A stretch of 64,000 nt of DNA from Alphaproteobacteria bacterium. GTDB taxonomy: Bacteria; Pseudomonadota; Alphaproteobacteria; UBA7887. This document shows, piece by piece, positions 1-9,850 of the stretch. Position numbers and translations under genes: made by a program. The DNA is taken from NCBI GenBank assembly GCA_965216755.1, contig CBDCGL010000011.1, positions 1,632,001 to 1,696,000 on the forward strand. Reading direction: 5' to 3'. Under the pieces are notes generated by a model, which saw only the letters and a program-made list of their open reading frames with translations, had not been told where the DNA came from and ran no database searches. How positions within the stretch are numbered: the first letter of the stretch is position 1; each line of letters starts with the position of its first letter.

Positions 1-332
1 TCCTGAAAAATCATCTGCACTCGATGCCGTACTTGGCGCGGAAACGCTTCGACATCCTGGCCGGCCACGGGAATCCCCTGAAAACGCACGGTGCCACCAT
101 TCGGTTTCGTTAGCCCAACAATACAACGTGCCGCTGTCGATTTGCCGCAGCCTGATTCGCCCACCAATGCGAACGTTGTTCCTCGGGGTATCGTGAAGCT
201 GACATCGTCGACCGCCCGCAGCACGCGCCGCTGCCGATCGTCGCCCGTGGCCAACGCCCGCTCCAGCCACGGCAACGAAACATCGAAATAGCGCATCAGA
301 TGAGCGACCTCAATCAATGTGTCTGTACTCAT
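1..332 (-). CDS. Oligopeptide/dipeptide ABC transporter ATP-binding subunit (DppF/OppF-like), truncated by the window edge
   Basis: Read by hand: ATG at 332 overlaps the upstream stop (ATGA). Translates MSTDTLIEVAHLMRYFDVS...AVDDVSFTIPRGTTFALVGESGCGKST (Walker A)...QMIFQ. Confidence 0.9.
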   Translation of the reverse strand, partial: MSTDTLIEVAHLMRYFDVSLPWLERALATGDDRQRRVLRAVDDVSFTIPRGTTFALVGESGCGKSTAARCIVGLTKPNGGTVRFQGIPVAGQDVEAFPRQVRHRVQMIFQ

Positions 333-1285
333 GCCTTCACCCAACACGCAATCTCGACCTTGTCATCGGCCCAAGTGGGTGGCGGTGCGGCGCTGCAACG
401 ATTTTCAGCGACACCGCACCTCGGGTGAAACGCGCAGCCCGCAGGGCGTTCGCCCAGGGGTGGCATGGCACCCTCGATCTGAACCAGGCGTGTAGACTCT
501 GCACCGATCCGCGGCACAGCTCCCATTAGCCCAATCGTGTAGGGATGGCGCGGCCGCGACAGCACCTCAGGTGTCGGCCCCGTTTCAACGATACGCCCCG
601 CATACATCACCGCGACTCGATCCGCCGTTTCCGCGATCACACCAATGTCGTGGGTAATCAGGATGACAGCGGTTTCGTGGTCACGACAGAGTCTCTTCAA
701 GACCTCAAGGATTTGTGCCTGCACGGAAACATCCAACGCCGTGGTCGGCTCGTCGGCGATGACCATATCAGGCCCCGCGCATAGCGCCAGCGCGATAACC
801 ACGCGTTGGCGCATGCCGCCTGAAAATTGATGCGGAAAATCGTCCATGCGCCGCGCCGCCCCGGGGATTCCGACTTCGGTGAGCAAGGCAATCGCATGAT
901 CACAGGCGGCGGAGCGGTTCATATCGGTATGGGTCTGAATCGTCTCAACAAGTTGTCGCCCCACCGTGTAAAGCGGATTCAGACTGGTCAGCGGATCTTG
1001 GAAGATCATACCGATGCGCGCACCACGAATGCGCCGCATTGCCGGTTCAGGAAACCGATCAATCCGTTCCCCGGCAAACCAGATTTCCCCACCAGAGATT
1101 CGACCGGGCGGATCGATCAAGCCAATCACGGCTTGCGCCGTCAGCGACTTTCCGGCACCCGATTCCCCAACCACACCCAGCACCTCGCCGGGCTCGACAG
1201 CAAACGAAACATCATCCAGTGCCGTGACCGAACCATGGCGCGTGTCGAACGCAAACGACAGTGACTTGACTTCGAGAAGTGGCAC
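329..1285 (-). CDS. Peptide ABC transporter ATP-binding subunit (DppD/OppD-like)
   Basis: GESGAGKS Walker A, FSGGMRQR signature, IADEPTTALD Walker B, C-terminal HPYT and GCAFHPRC motifs. Confidence 0.95.
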   Translation of the reverse strand: MPLLEVKSLSFAFDTRHGSVTALDDVSFAVEPGEVLGVVGESGAGKSLTAQAVIGLIDPPGRISGGEIWFAGERIDRFPEPAMRRIRGARIGMIFQDPLTSLNPLYTVGRQLVETIQTHTDMNRSAACDHAIALLTEVGIPGAARRMDDFPHQFSGGMRQRVVIALALCAGPDMVIADEPTTALDVSVQAQILEVLKRLCRDHETAVILITHDIGVIAETADRVAVMYAGRIVETGPTPEVLSRPRHPYTIGLMGAVPRIGAESTRLVQIEGAMPPLGERPAGCAFHPRCGVAENRCSAAPPPTWADDKVEIACWVKA

Positions 1286-1288
1286 CGG

Positions 1289-2230
1289 CTACCCCAATTT
1301 CGGATTAAGCGCATCGCGCAACCAGTCGCCCAAGACATTGACCGCCAGCACCAGTATCACCAGTGCGGCCCCGGGGAAGATTGTCATCCACCATTCGCCC
1401 GAAAATAGGTAGTCGTTGCCGACACGAATCAGAGTCCCGAGCGACGGCTGTGTCGGCGGTACGCCGACGCCGAGAAACGACAATGTTGCTTCCGTGATCA
1501 CCGCAACAGCCAAATGGATTGTTGCAATCACCAACACCGGACCCATGACATTTGGCAGCACGTGGCGCACCATGATACCGAGGGGTCGCCGCCCGACCAG
1601 GCGCGCCGCCTGCACATATTCTTTCGACATCTCGACCATCGCTGAGCCGCGCACGGTGCGCGCGTAGCTCACCCAACCCGACAAGCCAATGGCCACAATG
1701 AGTACCGGAATTGCCAGCGTGTCGTGCATATCACGTGGCAACAGGCCACGCGCCAAACCATCGATCAGCAGGGCAATCAAGATCGCCGGAAAACTTAACT
1801 GCACGTCGGCGGCGCGCATGATAACCGAATCGATGACGCCGCCGAAAAAACCGCTGGCCAACCCCAAGGCAATACCGATGACGGCTGCCAGGATCACCGA
1901 GGCAAAGCCGACCAACAATGAAACACGGGCACCGTAAAGGACGGCCGATAGAATATCGCGTCCTTGATCATCGGTTCCGAGCAAAAAACGTGAATCACCG
2001 TCAGCATGCCAGAGCGGTGGCACGAATGAATCCAACAAATCAAGTGATGCCAAATCGAATGGATCTTGGGGGACGATCCAAGGGGCACATGCCGCCGCCA
2101 AAAAAAGAGTGACTGTGACAATTGCCGCCAAGACAACGCCGGGTCGTCTCAAGAAATCATAAGTCAGATCGTGGCGGACGGCGCGACGCCATAATGCTGC
2201 GCGCGTTTCAAATTCCGTGTCAGCCGACAT
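1289..2230 (-). CDS. Peptide ABC transporter permease (DppC/OppC-like)
   Basis: LLGTDDQGRD motif and EYVQAARLVG EAA loop; start taken at MSADTEF, overlapping the upstream gene end. Confidence 0.93.
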   Translation of the reverse strand: MSADTEFETRAALWRRAVRHDLTYDFLRRPGVVLAAIVTVTLFLAAACAPWIVPQDPFDLASLDLLDSFVPPLWHADGDSRFLLGTDDQGRDILSAVLYGARVSLLVGFASVILAAVIGIALGLASGFFGGVIDSVIMRAADVQLSFPAILIALLIDGLARGLLPRDMHDTLAIPVLIVAIGLSGWVSYARTVRGSAMVEMSKEYVQAARLVGRRPLGIMVRHVLPNVMGPVLVIATIHLAVAVITEATLSFLGVGVPPTQPSLGTLIRVGNDYLFSGEWWMTIFPGAALVILVLAVNVLGDWLRDALNPKLG

Positions 2231-3212
2231 GACCAACGGCGATTCGGCGTTCGATGCGCAGACGAGGATCAACCGCAAAATACAAAAGATCGACGACCAA
2301 ATTGATGATCACAAAGAATAAGCCAACCAACAAAAGATAAGCAGCCATGACGGGAATATCGACAAAATCGATCGCCTGCAAGAACAGCAGCCCCATGCCA
2401 GGCCATTGGAACACGGTTTCGGTAATGATCGCGAATGCGATGATGGAACCCAGTTGCAAACCGGTCACCGTGATCACAGGCACCAATGTGTTCTTCAGCG
2501 CATGACCGAAATGAATGGCACGCCGGCGCAACCCGCGCGCACGCGCAAAGCGGATGTAGTCCGCCCTGAGTACTTCCAGCATCTCCGCACGTACCAGGCG
2601 CATGATCAATGTCATCTGCCAGAGGCCCAATGTCACCGCCGGCAAGACCAATGCCTTCAGGCCGCTGGCGGTGAGCAAGCCGGTTGTCCACGGGCCGATG
2701 GCAATCACTTCCCCTCGCCCGAAAGACGGTAGCCAGCCCAGCGTTACCGAAAACAGCAATATCAACAGAATGCCAATGAGGAACGTCGGCAATGATATGC
2801 CAACCAAAGAAATGATCATGAAAGCTCTGGACAGCAGGCTGCGCGGATTGAGTGCGGCAAATATGCCCATTGGAATACCGATCACCAACGCGAATAGCGC
2901 AGCCGCGAAACTTAATTCCAGAGTCGCCGGCAAACGTTCAGCGATCAGCTCGGCCACGGGCCGACCATGACGATACGACAACCCAAACGAGCCTTGCACC
3001 GCGTTGCCCACAAAACGTGCAAACTGTACCGGCATTGGGTCGTTCAGTCCCAAGTCCTCGCGCAGCTGTTCACGATCTTCGGTGCTGGTGTCCTGCCCAA
3101 CCAAATTGTTGATTGGGTCACCAACATAGGTGAACAACGCGAAGGCGACGAAGGCGACGGCCAATAGGACGAATAGAGCTTGGATAAGCCGACGCACAAT
3201 GAAGGCAAACAT
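2220..3212 (-). CDS. Peptide ABC transporter permease (DppB/OppB-like)
   Basis: MFAFIVRRLIQ start, LGLNDP, DYIRFARARGL EAA loop, TETVFQWPGMG, DPR end. Confidence 0.95.
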   Translation of the reverse strand: MFAFIVRRLIQALFVLLAVAFVAFALFTYVGDPINNLVGQDTSTEDREQLREDLGLNDPMPVQFARFVGNAVQGSFGLSYRHGRPVAELIAERLPATLELSFAAALFALVIGIPMGIFAALNPRSLLSRAFMIISLVGISLPTFLIGILLILLFSVTLGWLPSFGRGEVIAIGPWTTGLLTASGLKALVLPAVTLGLWQMTLIMRLVRAEMLEVLRADYIRFARARGLRRRAIHFGHALKNTLVPVITVTGLQLGSIIAFAIITETVFQWPGMGLLFLQAIDFVDIPVMAAYLLLVGLFFVIINLVVDLLYFAVDPRLRIERRIAVGHVG

Positions 3213-3224
3213 GGCGGAACGGCT

Positions 3225-4802
3225 CTAGTTCACGGTCACCCAGCGCAGATCCAAAATATTGTTCGGAAACTGTGACACCCCGATTGACTCCCTGATTCCC
3301 CACGCCAAGGCCTGCTGATGCAACGGAATATGGCCAACATCCTGTTTGTGGATTTCCAAGGCCTCACCAATGAGCGCATTGCGGCGATCGAGGTCGACCT
3401 CGCGCTGGATTCGTACGCCAAGTGAATCGATATCCGCATTGCTGTAACCGCCCAAATTGAACTTCCCTTGACCGCGTTCGCCCCGGGTCATGATCAGATT
3501 GTAGATCGCATTGAAGCCATCCAGGGCGGCCGGTGACCAGCCAAGCAGATAGAAGCTGGTATCGAAGCTCAGGACCTTGGCGAAGAATTTGCTTTTGGTC
3601 TGGGCCAGCAAATTGACCTTGATACCGATTTTGGCCAAGGACGCTGCCACCGCTTGGCAGATCGCTTCATCGTTGACATAACGATCGTTGGGACAGTCCA
3701 TGCCGACTTCAAAACCATCACCATAGCCGGCTTCGGCCATCAACGCGCGCGCTGCGTCAAGGTCTTGAGCAAAGCGATCGTTCCGTACGGGGTCAAAGCC
3801 GGTGATATCCGGCGCGATCATCAGCCCGGTCGGCGTCGCCGCGCCGCGCATAATCTTGCGCTCAATGGCGTCTATGTCGATGGCCTGAAACATCGCCATC
3901 CGGACGCGTTTGTCCTTGAACGGATTGGCACCTTTGACATTCGACTCCAACAACTCGTCGCGCCGTTGGTCCATACCTAAAAAAATCGTGCGTAATTCCG
4001 GACCTTGCAAAACAGTGACCCCGGGCGTGCGATCCACACGCCGCACATCTTGTAGCGGTACGGGATACGCCATATCCAGCTCGCCTGATAGCAATGCGGC
4101 GATGCGCGTCGCGTCAGCCCCGATCGGCGTAAAAATCGCGTCGGTCACATTGTGTTGTGGCGCATCCCACCAATCTTCAAACGGCACCAATACAGTCCGC
4201 ACATCAGGTTCGCGCACAGTCAGTTTGAATGGCCCGGTGCCGTTGGCATGGCGGGTCGCGTAATTCTCCTTGCCCGCGCGCACATCGGTGGGGTCTTCGG
4301 CACCGTTTTCCTTGGTCCACGTTTCAGACATGATCAGCCATGCCGTCAGTTTGTGAACCAACATGGCGTCCGGACCGTCGGTGACGATATCGACCGTATG
4401 ATCGTCGATTTTTTCGACTGTCTTGATCGTAGCCAGCAGCGACGCGAAATCGGACCCAGGCTTATTGATCCGTTCGAACGAAAAGACAACGTCATCAGCT
4501 GTAAACGGCTCACCACCGTGAAACAAGACCCCTTTGCGCAAGACAAAGCGCCAACGGTCCGGCGCGGTCTGCTCCCAAGCCGTAGCCAGAGATGGCTCCA
4601 ACTGGAACTCGCGGCCGCGCCGCACGAGACCTTCATAGATGTTGGTATGGAAACCAAGCGTCATGGTTTCGAACAGGCCATAGGGATCCATCATGCCGAC
4701 GTCGCCCTGAAACGCCCATCGAAACGTTTCGGCGTGGGCAGTACCACTCAACGTTAAGATGAAACCAAATAAATTTGCCAAAACCCATCGCCGGATCGTC
4801 AT
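3225..4802 (-). CDS. ABC transporter substrate-binding protein, family 5 (DppA-like)
   Basis: Signal peptide ending AHA, IYEGLV, LRKGVLFHGGEPFTADDVVFS, GTGPF; start taken at MTIRR. Confidence 0.93.
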   Translation of the reverse strand: MTIRRWVLANLFGFILTLSGTAHAETFRWAFQGDVGMMDPYGLFETMTLGFHTNIYEGLVRRGREFQLEPSLATAWEQTAPDRWRFVLRKGVLFHGGEPFTADDVVFSFERINKPGSDFASLLATIKTVEKIDDHTVDIVTDGPDAMLVHKLTAWLIMSETWTKENGAEDPTDVRAGKENYATRHANGTGPFKLTVREPDVRTVLVPFEDWWDAPQHNVTDAIFTPIGADATRIAALLSGELDMAYPVPLQDVRRVDRTPGVTVLQGPELRTIFLGMDQRRDELLESNVKGANPFKDKRVRMAMFQAIDIDAIERKIMRGAATPTGLMIAPDITGFDPVRNDRFAQDLDAARALMAEAGYGDGFEVGMDCPNDRYVNDEAICQAVAASLAKIGIKVNLLAQTKSKFFAKVLSFDTSFYLLGWSPAALDGFNAIYNLIMTRGERGQGKFNLGGYSNADIDSLGVRIQREVDLDRRNALIGEALEIHKQDVGHIPLHQQALAWGIRESIGVSQFPNNILDLRWVTVN

Positions 4803-4946
4803 AATGTGCCTCTCGTTCTTCGCATGCGACGAATATATCATCCTAGCACCAAGAGCTCATGGCGCATGCTTCAAAGCTCGTCCAACCGTGGTCATCGACG
4901 CGATCGTGGGTCAAGCTCCGCGTCGAGGGTGAAAGGAAGCAAGCAT

Positions 4947-5672
4947 ATGCCCACTGAATCGGAAGATGTCCCGGTCTCCGACAAGGTCCTGGAGGTTCTC
5001 GCCGGCATCAGCACGGCGACGCTCACGACGCAGCTCATCCATCGTGGTTTCCGCAATACGTTTTTGACCGGCGTGCGCCCACTCAACCCAACTGCGGGCC
5101 CGTTCGCCGGCCCAGCCTTCACGCTGCGCTATATTCCTTCGCGCGAGGATATCGCCGTTCCCGAGGTATGGAAAAACCGTGAGTATCCGCAACGGAAGGC
5201 GATCGAGATAGCCCCTGCCGGATCGGTCCTTATCGTCGACAGCCATGGAGACATGCGTGCCGGCGCCGCCGGCGACATTCTCGTCTTGCGTCTGCGGGAG
5301 CGCGGGGTCAAAGCGTTCATTACCGATGGCGCCATGCGCGACACGCCGGCCTTTTCAGCGATGGACTTTCCCGTTTATTGTGCGGGTGCGGCGGCGCCAC
5401 CCAGCATCGTGACCCTGTTCGCCGTCGCGTTACAGGTGCCGATTGGCTGCGCGGGAGTCGCCGTGTTTCCCGGCGATATTATCGTTGGCGACGGCGAAGG
5501 CGCTGTTGTCGTGCCCAAGCATGTGGCCGCCGACATCGCATGTGATGGCGCAGAACAGGAGCGTTTCGAGCGCTTTGTACACGCCCAGATTAAAGCCGGT
5601 CAGCCGACGTTTGGCCTTTATCCGCCCAATGAGGAAACATTGGCCGCATACGCACGCTGGACCGAAGACTAA
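4947..5672 (+). CDS. RraA-like / HMG-CHA aldolase family protein
   Basis: GPAFTLRY, GDIL, TDGAMRD and GVAVFPGDIIVGDGEGAVVVP motifs. Confidence 0.85.
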   Translation: MPTESEDVPVSDKVLEVLAGISTATLTTQLIHRGFRNTFLTGVRPLNPTAGPFAGPAFTLRYIPSREDIAVPEVWKNREYPQRKAIEIAPAGSVLIVDSHGDMRAGAAGDILVLRLRERGVKAFITDGAMRDTPAFSAMDFPVYCAGAAAPPSIVTLFAVALQVPIGCAGVAVFPGDIIVGDGEGAVVVPKHVAADIACDGAEQERFERFVHAQIKAGQPTFGLYPPNEETLAAYARWTED

Positions 5673-6631
5673 TTCCGAATTTGGCCAAGACACGATGCAA
5701 CCGCGCGCGCATTACTGGCCATCAATTGAAAATACGCATCTGGACCCGCGGACACGCCGGCACCAAGGGGGTCCAAGATGCCGTGTTTGGCAGACGTATC
5801 CTCGGTGACGGCCGCCACGATAGCTGACTCAAACTGTGGTTCCGAAAAAACGCATTTGGCGCCCGTCGTCATAATGACTCGACGAATCTCTGCGAGCCGT
5901 CGTGGGCCAGGTGGCCGGTCCGGATTAACGACCACCGAACCAACCGGACTGAGTCCAAAGGCATGCTCGAAATATTGAAAGGCGTCATGAAAAACAATGT
6001 AGGGAGTATCGGCGACAGACTCTAATTTCGCAGCGATATCATGGACCATATTGTCGATCCGCACCCAAAGTCGTGTCCCATTGTTACGATAAATCTCACT
6101 ATTTTTCTGATCTATTTGCACTAAACTATCGACAATCGCGCGAACCATTTGCTTAGCATGTGCCGGTGATAACCAAATATGAGGATCAGAAACCTTGTCC
6201 AACCGCTGATGGTTATTCGCAGGAGATCCGACCCAAACACCGCCCTCCCGTACCGGCAATGTCATGATTCCAGGTACGTCTAGCAACGCGACGTGTAGGG
6301 CGTCCTTGCCCAAATTATTGATAGGATCAATCAAGAATCGCTCTAATGATGGGCCAATCCAAAAAATTACGTCGGCGTTGTCGAGCGCAGCCGCCCCTGA
6401 AGGACGCAGCTGAACGGCGTGTGGCGATCCATACCCCTTAAGAATCAGATGCGGTTCGGCAATGCCGTCCATGACGCTCGCGACCAGAGAATGGAGCGGC
6501 TTGATACTGACAGCTACGTCCGGTGCCGCCCAAACCGATTTGGCGCCGACATGGAACATCCCCGCCCACATCATCATAAACGCGCTAAGAATGACGCGAA
6601 TCCAATCAGGTTGCGTGCGCACATCTGTCAT
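5669..6631 (-). CDS. znuA: Zinc ABC transporter substrate-binding protein ZnuA
   Basis: SIKPLHSL, SPH, DPHIWL, FHDAFQYF, CVFSEPQF, LDPLG; divergent from znuCB across a Zur box. Confidence 0.93.
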   Translation of the reverse strand: MTDVRTQPDWIRVILSAFMMMWAGMFHVGAKSVWAAPDVAVSIKPLHSLVASVMDGIAEPHLILKGYGSPHAVQLRPSGAAALDNADVIFWIGPSLERFLIDPINNLGKDALHVALLDVPGIMTLPVREGGVWVGSPANNHQRLDKVSDPHIWLSPAHAKQMVRAIVDSLVQIDQKNSEIYRNNGTRLWVRIDNMVHDIAAKLESVADTPYIVFHDAFQYFEHAFGLSPVGSVVVNPDRPPGPRRLAEIRRVIMTTGAKCVFSEPQFESAIVAAVTEDTSAKHGILDPLGAGVSAGPDAYFQLMASNARAVASCLGQIRN

Positions 6632-6677
6632 CTATGCGCGGTCCATGCTAGCATCATCACCTGGAAAAACTGGTAGT

Positions 6678-6698
6678 TAATGTTATTATATAACGTTT
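6678..6698. promoter_or_regulatory. Zur box between divergent znuA and znuC
   Basis: TAATGTTATTATATAACGTTT contains TGTTAT-N3-ATAACG, matching the proteobacterial Zur consensus TGTTAT-N3-ATAACA; zur lies downstream. Confidence 0.85.
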
Positions 6699-6705
6699 TG
6701 ATCAT

Positions 6706-7530
6706 ATGAGCAAACTTGCATCTACGAACGGCGCCCAAGCCCAATGTCGCGCCAGCTCCAATCAAGAACCACTTGTGTGTGCACAGGGCGTGACGGTCGC
6801 TTTTGATGGCCGAAACGTACTCGACAATGTCGATCTCTCGCTGACCAGCGGCGAAATCGTAACGCTGATTGGCCCAAACGGATCCGGCAAATCAACGCTG
6901 GTCCGCGTACTTCTCAGCCTCATCAAACCTGATTCCGGCTCCGTCTGGCGGCGTCCCGATCTTAGGATTGGTTACACGCCGCAGCAACTCCCTTTGGATC
7001 CGATCATGCCCATAACCGTCGGTCGGTTCTTGAATCTGAGCGCGCGGCAGCCCAAAGATCGGATCCTATCGGTATTGCGTGAGACCGGCGCGGACCATTT
7101 GGTGGACCGCCAGTTATCCGGACTATCGGGCGGCGAAGTTCACCGGACGCTGTTGGCTCGCGCGTTGCTCGGCACACCGGACCTCTTGGTCCTTGACGAA
7201 CCGATGGCTGGCGTGGATATCGCGGGCCAAGCCACTCTTTACACGCTTGTCCAACGAATTCGCGAGCACCATGGCTGCGGCGTGTTGCTCGTATCTCATG
7301 ATTTGCACATGGTGATTGCCGCCGCAGACCGGGTGGTCTGCCTGAATCATCATGTCTGTTGCACGGGCCACCCTGACCACGTCATCGTTGATCCGGCATT
7401 TCAGTCTTTATTTGGATCCGAACTGCCCCGTGCCATCGCGCCCTATCATCACCAACACGATCATGTGCATGATGAATCAGGCGCGGTTGTCCAGCCGCGA
7501 CGTGTCCTCCAGTCACATCTAGATGATTGA
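6706..7530 (+). CDS. znuC: Zinc ABC transporter ATP-binding protein ZnuC
   Basis: GPNGSGKST, LSGGE, LDEP, and the characteristic HVCCTGHP...YHHQHDHVHD tail. Confidence 0.95.
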   Translation: MSKLASTNGAQAQCRASSNQEPLVCAQGVTVAFDGRNVLDNVDLSLTSGEIVTLIGPNGSGKSTLVRVLLSLIKPDSGSVWRRPDLRIGYTPQQLPLDPIMPITVGRFLNLSARQPKDRILSVLRETGADHLVDRQLSGLSGGEVHRTLLARALLGTPDLLVLDEPMAGVDIAGQATLYTLVQRIREHHGCGVLLVSHDLHMVIAAADRVVCLNHHVCCTGHPDHVIVDPAFQSLFGSELPRAIAPYHHQHDHVHDESGAVVQPRRVLQSHLDD

Positions 7531-8320
7531 CTTTGGCCATGAGTTTTTGATCCGAGCCGCCTTAGGCGGTATAGGCGTGGCATTGATTGCCGGTCCCCTC
7601 GGGTGCTTCGTCGTCTGGCGACGTATGGCTTATTTCGGCGCGGCGTTATCTCACTCAGCTCTGTTGGGCGTCGCCCTCGGTCTCGCGATGGGTCTCAACC
7701 CGACAATCGGCATTGTCGCTCTCTGTATTCTGGTTGCATTGGCCGTGGTCGTGCTGGAACAGCGGCGCACGCTGGCGGGCGACACACTGTTGGGAATTCT
7801 GGCCCATAGCAGTTTGGCGCTTGGCATCGTGGCGGCCGCCCTTGTCACGAGTATACGCGTTGACCTCATGGCCTATTTGTTTGGCGACATACTGGCAATC
7901 GGGTGGCGTGACGTTTTGGTGATTTACGTGGGCGCTGCTGGCTCGGGTATTGTCCTAATCTTTTTATGGCGCCCGTTACTCGCGATCACGGTACACGAGG
8001 ATATGGCTCGGGTGGAAGGCGTTCGCGCGGTGGTCGCGCGCGTTGCTTTCATGTTGGTTATCGCCGTTGTTGTGGCTGTCGGTATGAAGGTCGTCGGATT
8101 GCTGTTGATGGTGTCGATGTTGATAGTGCCGGCCGCGGCAGCGCGCCCTTTGGTCTCCACACCTGAACAGATGGCAATTGTGGCCGCATTGATTGGAGTC
8201 ACCGCAGTCATAGGCGGCCTCTCTGGGTCTTGGTACTGGGACATCCCAGCGGGTCCCTCGATCGTTGTGGCAGCGACCATTTTGTTTGCCGCCTTTTTCG
8301 CGGTTCCAGTCAGGCGCTAA
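7523..8320 (+). CDS. znuB: Zinc ABC transporter permease ZnuB
   Basis: GPLGCFVVWRRMAYFG, YLFGDIL and PAGPSIV motifs. Confidence 0.95.
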   Translation: MIDFGHEFLIRAALGGIGVALIAGPLGCFVVWRRMAYFGAALSHSALLGVALGLAMGLNPTIGIVALCILVALAVVVLEQRRTLAGDTLLGILAHSSLALGIVAAALVTSIRVDLMAYLFGDILAIGWRDVLVIYVGAAGSGIVLIFLWRPLLAITVHEDMARVEGVRAVVARVAFMLVIAVVVAVGMKVVGLLLMVSMLIVPAAAARPLVSTPEQMAIVAALIGVTAVIGGLSGSWYWDIPAGPSIVVAATILFAAFFAVPVRR

Positions 8321-8571
8321 GACTGTGTTTGCCCCGACTTCAGCCAATCCCCCAGCATGATGGTTCGCTTTTGGGTGACAGCTGCCACCACAAATCCTAT
8401 TTTGGTACCTACTAACGAATGATCTTGAAGATCCGACGAGAACAAATTGGTAGCATATTTGATTGACGAATCTGTGTAATGATAGTGACCTGGCTGACGG
8501 ATCACGGATCGATCAAACCTGTTGCGCGGCCGGCGCCGTTGTTCGACAAAACGCATAAAGGGATCCTCTTA

Positions 8572-9159
8572 ATGACGAGTGCCGGGACATCAAGAAATTC
8601 ACGCGGGCGTCGACGTACACCCAGCCGCAGTGCCGTCGATCCTTTCGCTGCATCCGGTCATGATCACCGCAAATGCATCGACGATGCGCTCGACGCCGCG
8701 TCGATCCTGTGCCAGGAACGCGGGGTTCGTCTCACTGATCTGCGCCGACAAGTATTGGAACTGGTTTGGCAAGGACATCAACCGGTTGGCGCCTATGAGC
8801 TTTTGGAAAGACTCCGCGGCCCGCGCGGCACGGCCGCGCCGCCGACAGTTTATCGGGCACTGAATTTTCTGTGTGATCAAGGTTTGGTTCATCGAATTGA
8901 TTCACTCAACGCGTATGTCGGCTGCGCCGTGCCTGAGTCGACACATCGCGCATATTTTTTGCTATGCGATGATTGCGGCCAGGTTGGTGAACTTGTCGAT
9001 CACAACCTCGGTAATGCGATCACGCGCTCGGCGCAGCGTGTTGGCTTCACAACCGAGAATGAAACTATCGAACTACGCGGCCGCTGCGCGGATTGTTCGC
9101 GAACCGCGAGACGCGGAAGCGGCACCGACAAGCGGCGGCGCGAAGCCGGCGCCCGCTAG
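8572..9159 (+). CDS. zur: Fur-family zinc uptake regulator Zur
   Basis: HDHRKC N-terminus, RLTDLRRQVL, AYELL, PPTVYRALNFL, CxxC...CxxC; follows znuCB. Confidence 0.92.
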   Translation: MTSAGTSRNSRGRRRTPSRSAVDPFAASGHDHRKCIDDALDAASILCQERGVRLTDLRRQVLELVWQGHQPVGAYELLERLRGPRGTAAPPTVYRALNFLCDQGLVHRIDSLNAYVGCAVPESTHRAYFLLCDDCGQVGELVDHNLGNAITRSAQRVGFTTENETIELRGRCADCSRTARRGSGTDKRRREAGAR

Positions 9160-9267
9160 GCCGCGATGTCGGCCGCATTGACCGGCCAGGAAGTTAACCG
9201 CAATTGCAGCAGATACCTTGGCGGACCGTTATTGGACGGCCCATCCGATAGTGTGGAAAGGATAGAT

Positions 9268-9816
9268 ATGATGGATGTCAGCCGCAGATCACTGTTGGCC
9301 GGTGCCACTGGCAGCGCGTGGGCGTTTGCATCTTCCGCTCATGCGCAAACGGATCACCCCGCCCTTCCGCAACTGACTCATTTGTGCGATTTGCATTTCG
9401 AACTCACGGAGCCGCTGCGACTGCCGTCAGGACCGTTTGGGGATCGTACGATCTTACGGGTGGCAGGCGGCCGCGTTGACGGCCCGAAACTCCAGGGGAA
9501 GATCCTTCCGGGGTTCGGTGATTGGGCGGTGATGCGTGCGGACGGCATCTTTGACGTCGACATTCGCGCAGCTTTGCAAATGGACGATGGGGCGATCATA
9601 ACGGTAAGCTATCGTGGTTTGCTGCGCATGGCACCAGAACTCTGGCGCTCATATCTGCAAGGCAATCAAATCGATCCAAATAACTATTACTTTCGGGTCA
9701 CGCCACGATTTGAAACGGGAGCGGACGCATATCGTTGGCTTAACGGTATCGTTTGCCTCGGCGTCGGATTTGATCTGCCGCCAACACCACGCTATCGGAT
9801 CTATGAGGTGACGTAG
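9268..9816 (+). CDS. DUF3237 family beta-barrel protein with a Tat signal peptide
   Basis: GGRVDGPKLQGKILP, DW, DDGAII, YFRVTPRFETG..YRWLN; N-terminal SRRSLL and AHA cleavage site. Confidence 0.8.
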   Translation: MMDVSRRSLLAGATGSAWAFASSAHAQTDHPALPQLTHLCDLHFELTEPLRLPSGPFGDRTILRVAGGRVDGPKLQGKILPGFGDWAVMRADGIFDVDIRAALQMDDGAIITVSYRGLLRMAPELWRSYLQGNQIDPNNYYFRVTPRFETGADAYRWLNGIVCLGVGFDLPPTPRYRIYEVT

Positions 9817-9850
9817 CGAAGATGACAACGGTCACGCTGGGGAGGACAAC